Source of the DNA: Thermoplasmatota archaeon
GTDB lineage: Archaea; Thermoplasmatota; Poseidoniia; Poseidoniales; Thalassarchaeaceae
Length of the DNA: 64,000 bases
Reading direction: 5' to 3'
Assembly (NCBI GenBank): GCA_036138175.1
Contig: JAZAAK010000014.1
Location: forward strand, 20,572 to 84,571
Position numbers and translations under genes: made by a program. Positions 39,096 through 49,300 of the stretch are shown in pieces. Below the pieces are notes generated by a model. It was not told the DNA's origin and did no database searches. It saw only the letters and a program-made list of their open reading frames with translations. Each line of letters begins with the position of its first letter. Position 1 is the first letter of the stretch.

Positions 39096-40151
39096 TTGAG
39101 CGAGAATAAGGAAGGTGGAGGCCGCCGCAGAAGGCGTCGGTCTCGAAGGAAGCCGACCAATGGTGCCGATTCTAGGCCATGGTCACAAGGCGATCCCGAT
39201 GCTGTTGAGCAAGCCTTGGCACGTTTCAATCAGTCACCACCTCCGATGGGAATGCCTGAATCAATCGATCCCCCTCCACAAGAAAGACAATTGAAGTGGA
39301 GAACTAATGCAGTTCCAAAAAATATCCAAAGGAAGGTAGGAGACATTGTCTGTAAACCTGGAGAATTTGGCTTTCTTCCGGAAGAAAGAGTAGATGAGAT
39401 TAGAGGACAAATAGGCCATCTTCCAATAACCATAGAACAAGCACTTTCGCTTCGCGGTGCCCTGAACCAAGAAAAGAGTGTTCATTCACACGGACGCTTG
39501 ATGCGAAATGCAAACCAATTACGAAGACGATACGATAAGGGCGAGGGAGTACTGACTCTTTCCCAACGATTTGATGCGCCTCCAGTCAATACATTCAGAG
39601 CGATATTAAGCGGCCGAGGATGGTCAAAGAATCGAATCAAAGAGACTCTGAAAAATCCGGATAGAATGAATGAACGTGACCAAGATGAGTTCGCTAAAGC
39701 GGAAGAAGCCGATAAGGTCAGTTCAGTCAATCAGTCCGATACTCAGACGGCCGCTGAGGTTTTCGAAGACATACTATGTGCACACTTTGATTCCCTAGAC
39801 ATTCGTTTTCGAAGACAGGAGGATTTACTTCGTGAGCAGAAAGAATCTGAAGGCCGAGCGGTAGTTACCCCTGACCTACTGTTGCTTGATGATGTCAGAA
39901 TCAATGGAGTTCCTTGTGCCTGGATTGATGCTAAGCACTTCTATGGAGCGGACCTAAGATTCCCTCGAAAGAAGACTCAGAAACAGGTTGACCGATACGT
40001 CAAGGAATATGGCCAGGGAGCAATTGTGTATAGACACGGATTTACTGGTTCTTTAGTTCAAAGAGGTGCAATTTTACTCGATGCTAGCCCTCTAGATTTG
40101 ACTCCACTTGATGAGTTCCACGAAAAGCGAGCTGGCGGCTCACATTCATGA
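39096..40151 (+). CDS. TPD-domain protein (CDIN1/C15orf41-like) with an Arg-rich N-terminus and a C-terminal putative PD-(D/E)XK nuclease fold
   Basis: VVTPDLLLLDDVRINGVPCAWIDAKHFYG contains the eponymous T-P-D motif followed by D-x-K (IDAK) of restriction-endonuclease-like folds. N-terminal GGGRRRRRRSRRK. Confidence 0.5.
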   Translation: MSENKEGGGRRRRRRSRRKPTNGADSRPWSQGDPDAVEQALARFNQSPPPMGMPESIDPPPQERQLKWRTNAVPKNIQRKVGDIVCKPGEFGFLPEERVDEIRGQIGHLPITIEQALSLRGALNQEKSVHSHGRLMRNANQLRRRYDKGEGVLTLSQRFDAPPVNTFRAILSGRGWSKNRIKETLKNPDRMNERDQDEFAKAEEADKVSSVNQSDTQTAAEVFEDILCAHFDSLDIRFRRQEDLLREQKESEGRAVVTPDLLLLDDVRINGVPCAWIDAKHFYGADLRFPRKKTQKQVDRYVKEYGQGAIVYRHGFTGSLVQRGAILLDASPLDLTPLDEFHEKRAGGSHS

Positions 40152-41120
40152 TAGTGGCCCGACTTTAGTTAGAGTAACATCCAACCCTTCTTCGGTTAAT
40201 TCCGACAATAAATTCTCTAGGGAAATATCCTTTGAAAGATCTCGCGGAACAATGGCAATACTTTCTCCTAGCATACACAACAAAACCGATGTTTCTGAAT
40301 CTAAACCGGCTCTTAGCGAGGCGTTTTTTCCTTTCTCTACCAATTCTGAACGAGATGCATCATCACTCAGCCCAGATTGTTTTGAAAATGCCTCTGCAGA
40401 GTTGAGAAGTTCGCCCCATCGAGAATTATCCCAAAGCCCATCAGAAAGCAGGTCCATTTGTTTTCTTCCTGCCTGTGTAATCGACTGTTTCCAGTCATCA
40501 TCGTCAATATATTCCGATGTGTGTCTTCCGGGGTTTGCCCGCCAAGCTAAAACTACAGGAATCGATTCTGTCCAACCTTCGGAACGACCAGGTCCATTCA
40601 ATAGATCAGGGCCCGAATAGGGAGAGCCTGGACTCAATCTGCGCTCTACTCCTCCAGCGGCTAGTGCAGTAACATCTCCGAGCCCGGTTGAATTCTGCCT
40701 CTCAACCATATGAGCGATAGCAAGAGATCTTCGCAAACTCTCCTCATGGGGTAATCCGAGGGCTCTTTGGAAAGCAGAGGCGGCGGCAATTGCGCCGGCG
40801 GCCGACATTCCAAATCCTTGTGATGATGGTAATTTGTTTCTAATCGCGATTTCCCAACTATAGTCTAAAATCGCCGAAATTTCCTCACTCAGCAGGCCTA
40901 AAACCTGCTGGAACATCTTTGAATCGCCATTTCCATCTAGCAGTTTTACTTCTAGGGAATAATCGCCTAAGTCCCCTCTAGCAATGACTTCTGCTCCATC
41001 ATTCAGGCACAACCCAGCGCCCAGACTACCTTGCTTGATGGGGTCCTCATCCATGTCTTCGACTGTGAACAGTAGTGTGACGTGACCCCCGCAGGTGCCT
41101 CTACCCAAGACCGCAGTCAT
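40146..41120 (-). CDS. GHMP-family kinase, possibly pantoate kinase-like
   Basis: GHMP ATP-binding motif LPSSQGFGMSAAGAIAAASA. An N-terminal GGHVTLLF resembles the pantoate-kinase PGHITGFF motif, but the specific assignment is weak. Confidence 0.6.
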   Translation of the reverse strand: MTAVLGRGTCGGHVTLLFTVEDMDEDPIKQGSLGAGLCLNDGAEVIARGDLGDYSLEVKLLDGNGDSKMFQQVLGLLSEEISAILDYSWEIAIRNKLPSSQGFGMSAAGAIAAASAFQRALGLPHEESLRRSLAIAHMVERQNSTGLGDVTALAAGGVERRLSPGSPYSGPDLLNGPGRSEGWTESIPVVLAWRANPGRHTSEYIDDDDWKQSITQAGRKQMDLLSDGLWDNSRWGELLNSAEAFSKQSGLSDDASRSELVEKGKNASLRAGLDSETSVLLCMLGESIAIVPRDLSKDISLENLLSELTEEGLDVTLTKVGPLS

Positions 41121-41162
41121 ACGCCTTCATCTCCGAGGTAATGCAAGAATGCTACGTCGGCA

Positions 41163-42155
41163 TCAGAGAACAGCTTTCAGGTCGTCTCCAAGAGAGCTGA
41201 ATGTCTCTGATAGAGAAGAGGAAGCCATCTCAAGTGCAGTTTGTGGGCTCATTGAACCATCAGTTTCGAAGCTGAAAATGAACTCTCCAGGTACGTCTTC
41301 GATTGTGATTGCCTTCTTGAATTCGGTCTGTATCTCTGTTCCATCACCAACATGGTGAAGTTCCTTTGCGAGAGTCTCAACCTTCTCAATATCATCAAGG
41401 CGGCCATCTTTATCGAAATCCTTTGCATTGATTGTGAGATTCAAATCCCAGAGCATTTTCGCCTTGGTTTTGTTGTTCAAGATTCCAACTTGCCTTGGTA
41501 CGAAAGTAACACCGCAAACAGGTGACCACTTTGCATGCTGACTTCCACGACCCATTACTGCGGTAGCGTAGAATTCCAACATCTGTCCCTTATACAACTT
41601 AGTAATAGGGATAGATCTGTAGTGCTCAGGAATCTCAAGACTTTGATCACCCAAGTAAATCATGTCACCTGCGGTAACGGTCATACCTTCTTCAGTTCCA
41701 AATGCCTTGCAAGTGTATATCATGTTGCAAGTAGGGCATCCGCGATCTTCCGGGACCAAATCCTTGCAAGTTGGACAAGTTTCCTCGTAGTGGAACATCT
41801 TATGGTCGGTTGGAATTGGAATCATTGCAAGGCGCTGAGCTACCATCTCATCTGGTATTGCACCGTTGGTTTCCCAAACTGTGTAATCAACACCCTCTTT
41901 CTCCAATTTCTTTCCACACTGATTGCAACCTGAACCTCCAGATGATTCACGGGCTGCTGCAGCAGGATTGAGATGTCCGCAAGAAAGACAAAGGTCAAAT
42001 GAACCCATTTGGAAGCGAATAGTTTCAATTGCCATCTTCGGAGTTTCTGACATCATAGTTCGGCGAAGGGCGTTTGCAAATGCACGGTCGCTATCTTTAA
42101 TCAAGAGCTTAGCATTCTCTGCTCCCATGTCTAAAACTTCTATTTTCACCATCAT
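41163..42155 (-). CDS. rpoD: DNA-directed RNA polymerase subunit D (Rpb3 homologue) with extra Cys4 zinc-ribbon insertions
   Basis: AFANALRRTMMSETP and EMVAQRLAMIPI D/Rpb3 signatures. CLSCGH...CNQCG and CPTCKD...CPTCN motifs. Start taken at MMVKIEV to avoid overlap with S11. Confidence 0.85.
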   Translation of the reverse strand: MMVKIEVLDMGAENAKLLIKDSDRAFANALRRTMMSETPKMAIETIRFQMGSFDLCLSCGHLNPAAAARESSGGSGCNQCGKKLEKEGVDYTVWETNGAIPDEMVAQRLAMIPIPTDHKMFHYEETCPTCKDLVPEDRGCPTCNMIYTCKAFGTEEGMTVTAGDMIYLGDQSLEIPEHYRSIPITKLYKGQMLEFYATAVMGRGSQHAKWSPVCGVTFVPRQVGILNNKTKAKMLWDLNLTINAKDFDKDGRLDDIEKVETLAKELHHVGDGTEIQTEFKKAITIEDVPGEFIFSFETDGSMSPQTALEMASSSLSETFSSLGDDLKAVL

Positions 42156-42162
42156 AATCACC

Positions 42163-42546
42163 TCAGACCCTACGGCCTCTTCGGCCGCCCTTCTTCTTGG
42201 TCCCATTGGTTGGGATAGGAGTTACATCTTCAATTCGAGTGATTTGTACGCCTGCACGTGTTAATGCACGGATAGCAGCAGTAGCACCAGGTGCACTGTG
42301 CGATCGATTTCCACCTGCTCCACGATACTTCACGATAACTTGGTCAAATTCTTTCTCGGCTAGCATTTCAGCAATCATTTCAGCCGCTCTTGTTGCGGCA
42401 AACTGACCACCTGCATCGCTTCCTTTCTTGGTTACCATTCCACCAGAAACCTTTGCCAGAGTCTCTGCTCCGGTGAGATCGGTTGCGGTAATTAGTACGT
42501 TGTTGTACGTGCTGAAGATGTGTAAAACAGCCTTGTGACCCATCAC
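42163..42546 (-). CDS. rps11: 30S ribosomal protein S11 (uS11)
   Basis: Conserved ...[20 protein letters not shown]-terminus. 127 aa. Confidence 0.9.
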   Translation of the reverse strand: MMGHKAVLHIFSTYNNVLITATDLTGAETLAKVSGGMVTKKGSDAGGQFAATRAAEMIAEMLAEKEFDQVIVKYRGAGGNRSHSAPGATAAIRALTRAGVQITRIEDVTPIPTNGTKKKGGRRGRRV

Positions 42547-43235
42547 TCATCGCCTCCTTCAGGGATTGTTTCCTCTACTGTAGGTGCTTCTTCAGCATCA
42601 GCCTTGATTTGTTGAACAAAATCATCATTATCGGTGGTAGCTCTTACTCCGCCGACTTCTTCCAGTTCCTCTTCATCAGTCTGTCGAGTCATTCGGAGTT
42701 GCTCCATCTCAACACGGAATGGATGGTTCTCATCTAGGTAAGGGGATGTTGCACTATACTGCAGACTATCTTCCTCTTGTCGAAGAATCTTGTATCCAGG
42801 AACGGTCATTCTCTGTTCGCCGATTGAGATATGTCCGTGAACTATCATATTTCGAGCTGCGCGCATAGACGGTGCAAGACCACGGTAGTAGACCACTGAT
42901 TGTAGCCTTCGAGCAAGCATGTGTTCTACGGAAATCTGCAGAACATCGTCTACACTCGATCCCTCGGCTAGAAGCCCCTTGCGAACAAGAGAATCGACCA
43001 AGTCGGTTTTCTCTTGGGCATAGTGACCTTCTGAGGAATCAACTCTACCAATGAGTTTCATCGCCTGATTTCGGTGGCGTCTTAGGGCTGATTTTTCTCG
43101 CCAAATCTCGCGCATTCCACCGACCTTCTTTAGGCCGAATTGATCCTTGAGGGCGTGTTCTTCTTCGATTCTAGCAGCCTTCCAAGGATGTGTCGGAGTC
43201 TGAGTCTTAGGTCGTGCAAACTTAGGATGTCCCAT
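42543..43235 (-). CDS. rps4: 30S ribosomal protein S4 (uS4) with an acidic C-terminal extension
   Basis: [10 protein letters not shown]...[13 protein letters not shown]. About 50 aa of D/E-rich tail. Confidence 0.9.
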   Translation of the reverse strand: MGHPKFARPKTQTPTHPWKAARIEEEHALKDQFGLKKVGGMREIWREKSALRRHRNQAMKLIGRVDSSEGHYAQEKTDLVDSLVRKGLLAEGSSVDDVLQISVEHMLARRLQSVVYYRGLAPSMRAARNMIVHGHISIGEQRMTVPGYKILRQEEDSLQYSATSPYLDENHPFRVEMEQLRMTRQTDEEELEEVGGVRATTDNDDFVQQIKADAEEAPTVEETIPEGGDE

Positions 43236-43246
43236 ACTTCACCACC

Positions 43247-43714
43247 TCACTTCTTCCTCTGCACACCGAGTGTGCTACCACTTCGACCATTACTGCGAAG
43301 ACGCTGACCGCGAACCTTGTGGCCGCTGCGGTGGCGTATTCCGCGGTATGTTTTGATTGCAGCTAATCGTGCAACATCATCGTCTCTAGTCAATCGGACT
43401 TCTGTTCCGATGATGTGCGCGTCTTCGTTAGACTGCAAATCTCGCTGTCTGTTGACGAGCCACCAAGGCACGTTCAACGCATATTCGTCAATTGTTGTTC
43501 GAATCCTGTCTTGCTCTTCTTCGGTCAGATGACCTCCGAGTTTACTTCCATCGACTCCTGCCATGCGACAAATCTGACCGGCCGATCGCTGTCCAACTCC
43601 GTTAATCGAAGTTAGTCCTTGGGCAATCGGTCGAAGACCATCGATGTCAGAGTCTGCAAGCCTCAGGATATAGGAGAAATCCTCTCCTAGTTCTGCTTCA
43701 TTCACTTTTGCCAT
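43247..43714 (-). CDS. rps13: 30S ribosomal protein S13 (uS13)
   Basis: ILRLADSDIDGLRPIAQGLTSINGVG...IRHRSGHKVRGQR. Confidence 0.9.
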   Translation of the reverse strand: MAKVNEAELGEDFSYILRLADSDIDGLRPIAQGLTSINGVGQRSAGQICRMAGVDGSKLGGHLTEEEQDRIRTTIDEYALNVPWWLVNRQRDLQSNEDAHIIGTEVRLTRDDDVARLAAIKTYRGIRHRSGHKVRGQRLRSNGRSGSTLGVQRKK

Positions 43715-43833
43715 AATACGGTTCCCCCGTGTTCATCGGTTGCCCGATGGCCCTCATAGGGCATCCCGCCGACCTGCCCTCCATATTTGAAGGAGACGGC
43801 CGCCCCTACGGGGCGATAAAATTGCTAATCGAC

Positions 43834-45138
43834 TCACTGCTCCTTACAAACGATGTATAGGGTATGACTTCCACTACCTCTATCCAAATCTAGGTCCACC
43901 ATGAATCCATTTTCTCCTTCAAATTCCTTCATCGCCTTATGTAATCTACGTTGTAGGGTCGGATGCTCGTCTGGATCGAGACTACATCTTAGGATAACCT
44001 TCCCAACACCATTACGAGCAGCGGAAGCGGCGGTTTGTTCGATTGTATGAAGTTCGGGAGGGGTTAGTCGGTGTTGGACAATTTCTCCATTTGCAATCAC
44101 GAAAGCATCGATTTCATCATCTTTAATCGGTGGTTCTGTGCTAATCAGTAGAGGCCTTCTGCCTTCCAACCTAAGCCAAGAATGGCCTGCACTCTTCGGA
44201 ATCGCCCTGTCAAGCCAAGCCTCGTGTAGCCCGGATTGAACAAGTGCCGGGTCAACTATTGTCAGATATGCACCATACGGCGGAGGAGAGCTCATGCTAA
44301 CCAATTCTGATTCTGCCATCTTACCTTCAATCGTAGCCATAATTTTCTTCTTCCCCATCCTGATACATCTAGAGGGTTCTTTTGAGGAAAGAGAACCTAT
44401 CCAAACCGATAGTCGGTCAATTCTCCCTCCGCCTTGACTGAGGTATTCCCAAGTTCTTGGGATTCCGGGAAAAGTCGTCTCAATAGTAGCATCAACAAGT
44501 GACCGTTGGTGTTCGTTTAGTCTAGGGGATAAATCAAGCAAAATTGCCGGACCACGAGGGCCTGTTTCAAGATGATTAGCCCAGGCCTTTAGCAACGGAC
44601 CAAGTGCAGGTTGCATCTCATCAATTTCGTGTCTCTGAGCATCTCTTGGCCTAGCAGGATCTAGATGTAACATACCAATAGGTGGATGTGCCCTAGTTCC
44701 TGCATCCCTTAGGCTATTCCAGTAGGCCACAATTGCATTCTCTGCATCTGTTCCATCTCCCACAAGAACACGATCCATACTTCGCTGCAGGTCGGTCTCT
44801 TCGCCTGTAATATGCATGTTTGCAGCACACAGTAATCCTATATTCGGGTCTAATTCTATAGCCAATCCAGGACGCTTTAAGCCAGTGGTCAATGCGATAA
44901 GTTGCACACCGCTTCCAGCCGCTGCATCTAGGATTACTCCAGCAGGTAGGTCAGTAGTCTGAATTTGTTCAGCTCTGGCTTTAGAAATAGACCAAGGAGT
45001 GGACAATCGTCGCATTTCTTCGGTCATGTGGAATTTCGGTTCTCCCTTGCGTGCGGATTCAGCCTTGGCAACCTTCGAAGCCCTCTTCACCAGGTCCGAT
45101 GAGGGGTTCAGAGCGTAGTGGCTTGGCTCCTCGTTCAT
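43834..45138 (-). CDS. Class I SAM-dependent methyltransferase, probably RNA-modifying
   Basis: Motif I ILDAAAGSGVQLIAL. Located directly downstream of the ribosomal/RNAP block on the same strand. Confidence 0.55.
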   Translation of the reverse strand: MNEEPSHYALNPSSDLVKRASKVAKAESARKGEPKFHMTEEMRRLSTPWSISKARAEQIQTTDLPAGVILDAAAGSGVQLIALTTGLKRPGLAIELDPNIGLLCAANMHITGEETDLQRSMDRVLVGDGTDAENAIVAYWNSLRDAGTRAHPPIGMLHLDPARPRDAQRHEIDEMQPALGPLLKAWANHLETGPRGPAILLDLSPRLNEHQRSLVDATIETTFPGIPRTWEYLSQGGGRIDRLSVWIGSLSSKEPSRCIRMGKKKIMATIEGKMAESELVSMSSPPPYGAYLTIVDPALVQSGLHEAWLDRAIPKSAGHSWLRLEGRRPLLISTEPPIKDDEIDAFVIANGEIVQHRLTPPELHTIEQTAASAARNGVGKVILRCSLDPDEHPTLQRRLHKAMKEFEGENGFMVDLDLDRGSGSHTLYIVCKEQ

Positions 45139-45187
45139 GCACTCCGCTCCTTTGTTGAACTCAAGTCCTTTTCCTGTCTAGTGATTC

Positions 45188-46195
45188 TCAAATGGTTGCT
45201 CTATCCACCTTTAACTCAAATCGCAACCAAGATTCTTGCAGTTCATGACCATCGCTGTTGCCGTAAGCAATTGGTGGTGGTAGTAATGTAATATGTGTAG
45301 TTCCAGTATCCCTACCAGGTATTAGCCCTCTATCTTCATCGATATCTAGGCCGATTGCAGACCATCCAAACCCCTGAATGAAGTTCGAATCATCGCCAGC
45401 TGTGACAATTAAATCGCCTTCGTCAAGAAGCTGTTCTGTATCAGCATCCCAAACCTTGTAATGAACCTCTAAAGTATCTCCATCGGTAGCATGCAAATCT
45501 CTAGGATTGGAGCCTTTGAAGATATGAACATCGAGAAGTACTTCCGCTTCTCGAACATTAAGATGGGATGCTTGAATCTGTATATCATGCTCTGTTACTG
45601 GATTATTCAACTGAATTTCTACAATTGCAGTTTCATTAACTCCTATTTCATTCACAGTAAGCATAGTGTCGCCTTCTGAGGCAAAGACTACCTCTCCACC
45701 GATTATTTCGAGAACAATATCTAGGGTTTGGTTACCTCTATTGTATATCGCAACACTGGCTCTATCACCATCTCCTTGATGCTCCCAATCACAGCGTAAT
45801 TCACCAGGATAAAGGAACACATCGTCTTGTTCAGACAAAACATCCGGCCAATCCCAATCACCTAGTCTAGAATCACAGGTGTCGAATAACAAGTCTACTT
45901 CCCAGTACCATCTATCGTTATCGTCCTTGAGCAAATCTTGATCCGTTACGGAGAACGCATCCTCATTCTCTTTGACGAATACGTAGACACTGTAACCAAC
46001 GACTACAGTTGATCCAATTAGTAGGGCGGCGGTGGCCAATGATAGCAAAATTGCGGCCCGTGGAATCGCCATTTCATTGATGCCTAGAGGTACAGTAGGG
46101 TGCTCGACCTCATCGGGAGTGTCGGAGATCCAACTGCGAGACACGGTATTCGACCACACCCCGTCAGTCATCAAGGTTAGTGCTACGCAACTCAA
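45188..46195 (-). CDS. Membrane-anchored FKBP-type peptidyl-prolyl isomerase
   Basis: N-terminal TM AAILLSLATAALLIGSTVVVGY. C-terminal FKBP domain GDTLEVHYKVWDADTEQ...FIQGFGWSAIGLDIDE...ITLLPPPIAYG...LRFELKV. Confidence 0.65.
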   Translation of the reverse strand: MSCVALTLMTDGVWSNTVSRSWISDTPDEVEHPTVPLGINEMAIPRAAILLSLATAALLIGSTVVVGYSVYVFVKENEDAFSVTDQDLLKDDNDRWYWEVDLLFDTCDSRLGDWDWPDVLSEQDDVFLYPGELRCDWEHQGDGDRASVAIYNRGNQTLDIVLEIIGGEVVFASEGDTMLTVNEIGVNETAIVEIQLNNPVTEHDIQIQASHLNVREAEVLLDVHIFKGSNPRDLHATDGDTLEVHYKVWDADTEQLLDEGDLIVTAGDDSNFIQGFGWSAIGLDIDEDRGLIPGRDTGTTHITLLPPPIAYGNSDGHELQESWLRFELKVDRATI

Positions 46196-46305
46196 CTAAT
46201 CGGTGATTCGAAAATCAATTACCAAACGCCGCTTGTGAGTTATTGGCAACAGACTTTTCCAATGTGGGGTGATTGATTAATTCAATTGTGTTATACAAAT
46301 CCAAA

Positions 46306-49300
46306 TTAATCCTGTAACAATGCTTCTTGATTTCTTTGCCCTAACCAAGTCACTAGAGCCAGTTCGGCTCCGACTACAGTTAAAAGAAGGAATAATCCAA
46401 TTGCATCTATCGATGAAGCAGCGCCTAGCATCAGCAGAGATGCTGCAACTCCAAGGATGAGGTCTCCGAATCCCCAGATTCGTAAAATGCGGCGCAAATG
46501 GAATATTCCAACAACCCAAAGGGTCGTTGATATGGCAAATAATGCGATTGGATAAATCATCCAAATATTCACCATAGTAAGTCCTGCAAACATCAGTATG
46601 TGGCAATCAATGGCTGCCATCATAGTCCAATTGCCATTTCTCATTGGTACGGATGCAGCCACAAATCCAAGCATGATAAATCCACCAGCAAGAATAATCC
46701 AATCTAGATATTCGATAATTTGTGGAATGAATGTACCCATGGAAAATAGTGCTAATGGGAGACAAATTATTGACAGTCCTACAGCCTCTACCTGTCGGTG
46801 TTTACGTCCAGCATAAATGGCATTAGCCACTGCAAGAATTGCAGCAGGACCCCAAGATATCATCACGTATGCCAAGGCGCGCAGACCTCTTCCTGAACTC
46901 CCAAGATGCGTATCTCTGCCTACACTAGACCTTCGGGAATCTATCATCACATCTATTGCAATTGTGAAGATTAGCAATGCCTCAAGTAGCAACCAAGGAA
47001 TTTGCCATCCAATTAAATCTCCATCGAATGGGTCAACGGTAAATGGGAATGGTAGAGACTCAACAAGAAACGCTCCTGCAATTCTACCAAGAACTAGGGG
47101 TAACACAAACCAATCAATTGCAATCGGTATCCTATCGAGTAAGTTATCCCTTTGGTACAGAGAAATAATCACAAATTGTAGAATTAGGATTGTCACTACT
47201 GCTAAGTCTAGTAGTTCCTTATTGCTCGCTCCAGGCCCCAAATGACCTGATATTAATGCGACTATTAGTCCAATAATTGAGTATGCAATTGGCATTTCGA
47301 TTCCCATTACTGTTGGCAAATCAAGGTCGAGTTGTTTGGTTCGTAATCTAGCGATTGCAACCAAAACGGTTGCGAAAATTCCGGCGGTGAGTAGAATGAA
47401 AGGAGAAGAAGAGAACAACAGACCCCATACGATTACAGAACCGAGAACTAGGAATAGGACCAAGAGAACAATTGTTGGTCTGTGAGATACATCTGTAGTG
47501 TACAATTCTGAATCATCTTTGGTTGTGGTTAGATCTCTCCTCTTCTTGCGCTTTTGCTGCAGTTCCAGTCTTTTTGGATCATAGGTGTCCAATTGCCCAG
47601 TTCCTAGACTCAATTTTTTGACATTGTCTTGACCGGCGATTGCCAAAAGTTGTTCTCTTTGCGATAAAGTCTTCAGTTCAGCTCTAATTTCTCCCCGAGC
47701 AACAAGCCATAGTGCGCTCAATGCAAATAAACCGATGCCAGCCATGGTAGAGGTTTCGTTTTCCAATTGTAAAGAAAGTCCGATTGTAATCACTAGCAAC
47801 CAAAGAGCCGCCGCCGCTGGTTTGAGCAATTTTTCCATCTTTTCCGCTCGAGGGAGGTAGAATGCCATCACCAAACCGGTGCAAGTAACGGAAGTCAATG
47901 ATAGGTCGAAACTGGGAATGGAATCAGTAGATTCTAGAATACGGCTAGGTTCTTTGGTGGATATTGCAATAATTAGTGGAAGGGACATTAGAGCCATTCC
48001 ATTGGTGAATACGGACTCGTCCTGAGGGTCTCCTCGATAGAGAATTGAGGCGGTAGCAATAAGCAAGAGAATAATCCACATTTCATCTAATCCATGCCTC
48101 CAACCAAGTACAGCCGCACTGACTGCAATTACCCCCAAGAGTGCAACTGGTCCACCGAGTCTTTTCCCGGCAAATTCTGCACCTAAGTGAGATAATGAGA
48201 CAACTGAAACCACAGCCAATAGGGTAATTGCGGTAAAACCACCTGCATGAGCCATGACTACGATAGTGACCATAGGTAACCACAATCCAATCGCCCACAA
48301 TTGCAATGCTCCGGAGTCTCGAATAGAGGCTGATACTTCGGTAATTCCAAGAAATCCTGCCGCGAGATTTACTCCGGTCTCTCCCAACTGCAAATTCACA
48401 ATAAGCATCAGAACTACTGAGATGATGAGATAGGCCGCGAACGGCATTGTGGCTAGGTGAATGAGATTTCCAGGATCGGTCCAACCGTTTGCTATAATCA
48501 CGGTTCGGAATGATTCGACCACAAATTCCTGCAATAAAACCCAAGACCAAGGAAGTAGTACCGTAGCGCCAGCCAGAGAAGGTGCTTGCCTCATTATTGC
48601 AAGAATTGCAGTACCTATGTGGAGCGCAGTTAGAAGCCCTAGGAGAACCAATCCTCCATCCCCTCCATTTGCTTCGGATTTTGCCGGGATTAGTACAACT
48701 AACAATACCAGAATGCCAACCGAACCAACCCATAACACACGATCAGTGACGTGATTTTGATCCCGTAAAATGACAAATGCCGTCAGAATCGCGGCGAAAA
48801 TTGTGAATGTCTCATAACGGTCGAAAAATGATACCGCTTCGGTAGAATCTCCAAAGATTAGCAATAGAGGAAATAATGTCGCTCCAGCCAATAGGGGTAT
48901 GGTTACTCTAAGTCTTTCAACGCCTCTTACAACCAGATATGAACCTCCAAATGCTCCAGCAAGGAAGGTCACCATTCCCAATGCATATCCAGAATCTTCT
49001 CGACTTGATGCAACAGCCATTAATGCTCCAATCATTCCTAAGGAAATCGAAACTCCCCAAAGTCCGGGTTGACCGAGTCCGGCCGCCTTGAATCCCTCCG
49101 AGAACCAGTTTTCTTCTCGTGCAAAACGCGCTGCCATAGCAGCGTTAATTCCGGATACGAGCATCAATAATAGGAAGAGAATTAGTGGTGTATCAAGAGG
49201 CTCGATAACTAAGGAACCAGCACTAAATCCACCAGTAATTGCATGCATACCTATCCACAGATTCGAAGCCGCCACTCCTAGCGCGGCGAGATTTCCAGAG

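Noticed and set aside
48083-48754. 216-aa minus-strand and 97-aa plus-strand ORFs inside the giant membrane protein gene
   Set aside because: They are alternate or antisense frames. Their Cys/Arg/Trp-rich composition is typical of out-of-frame reading of a hydrophobic gene.
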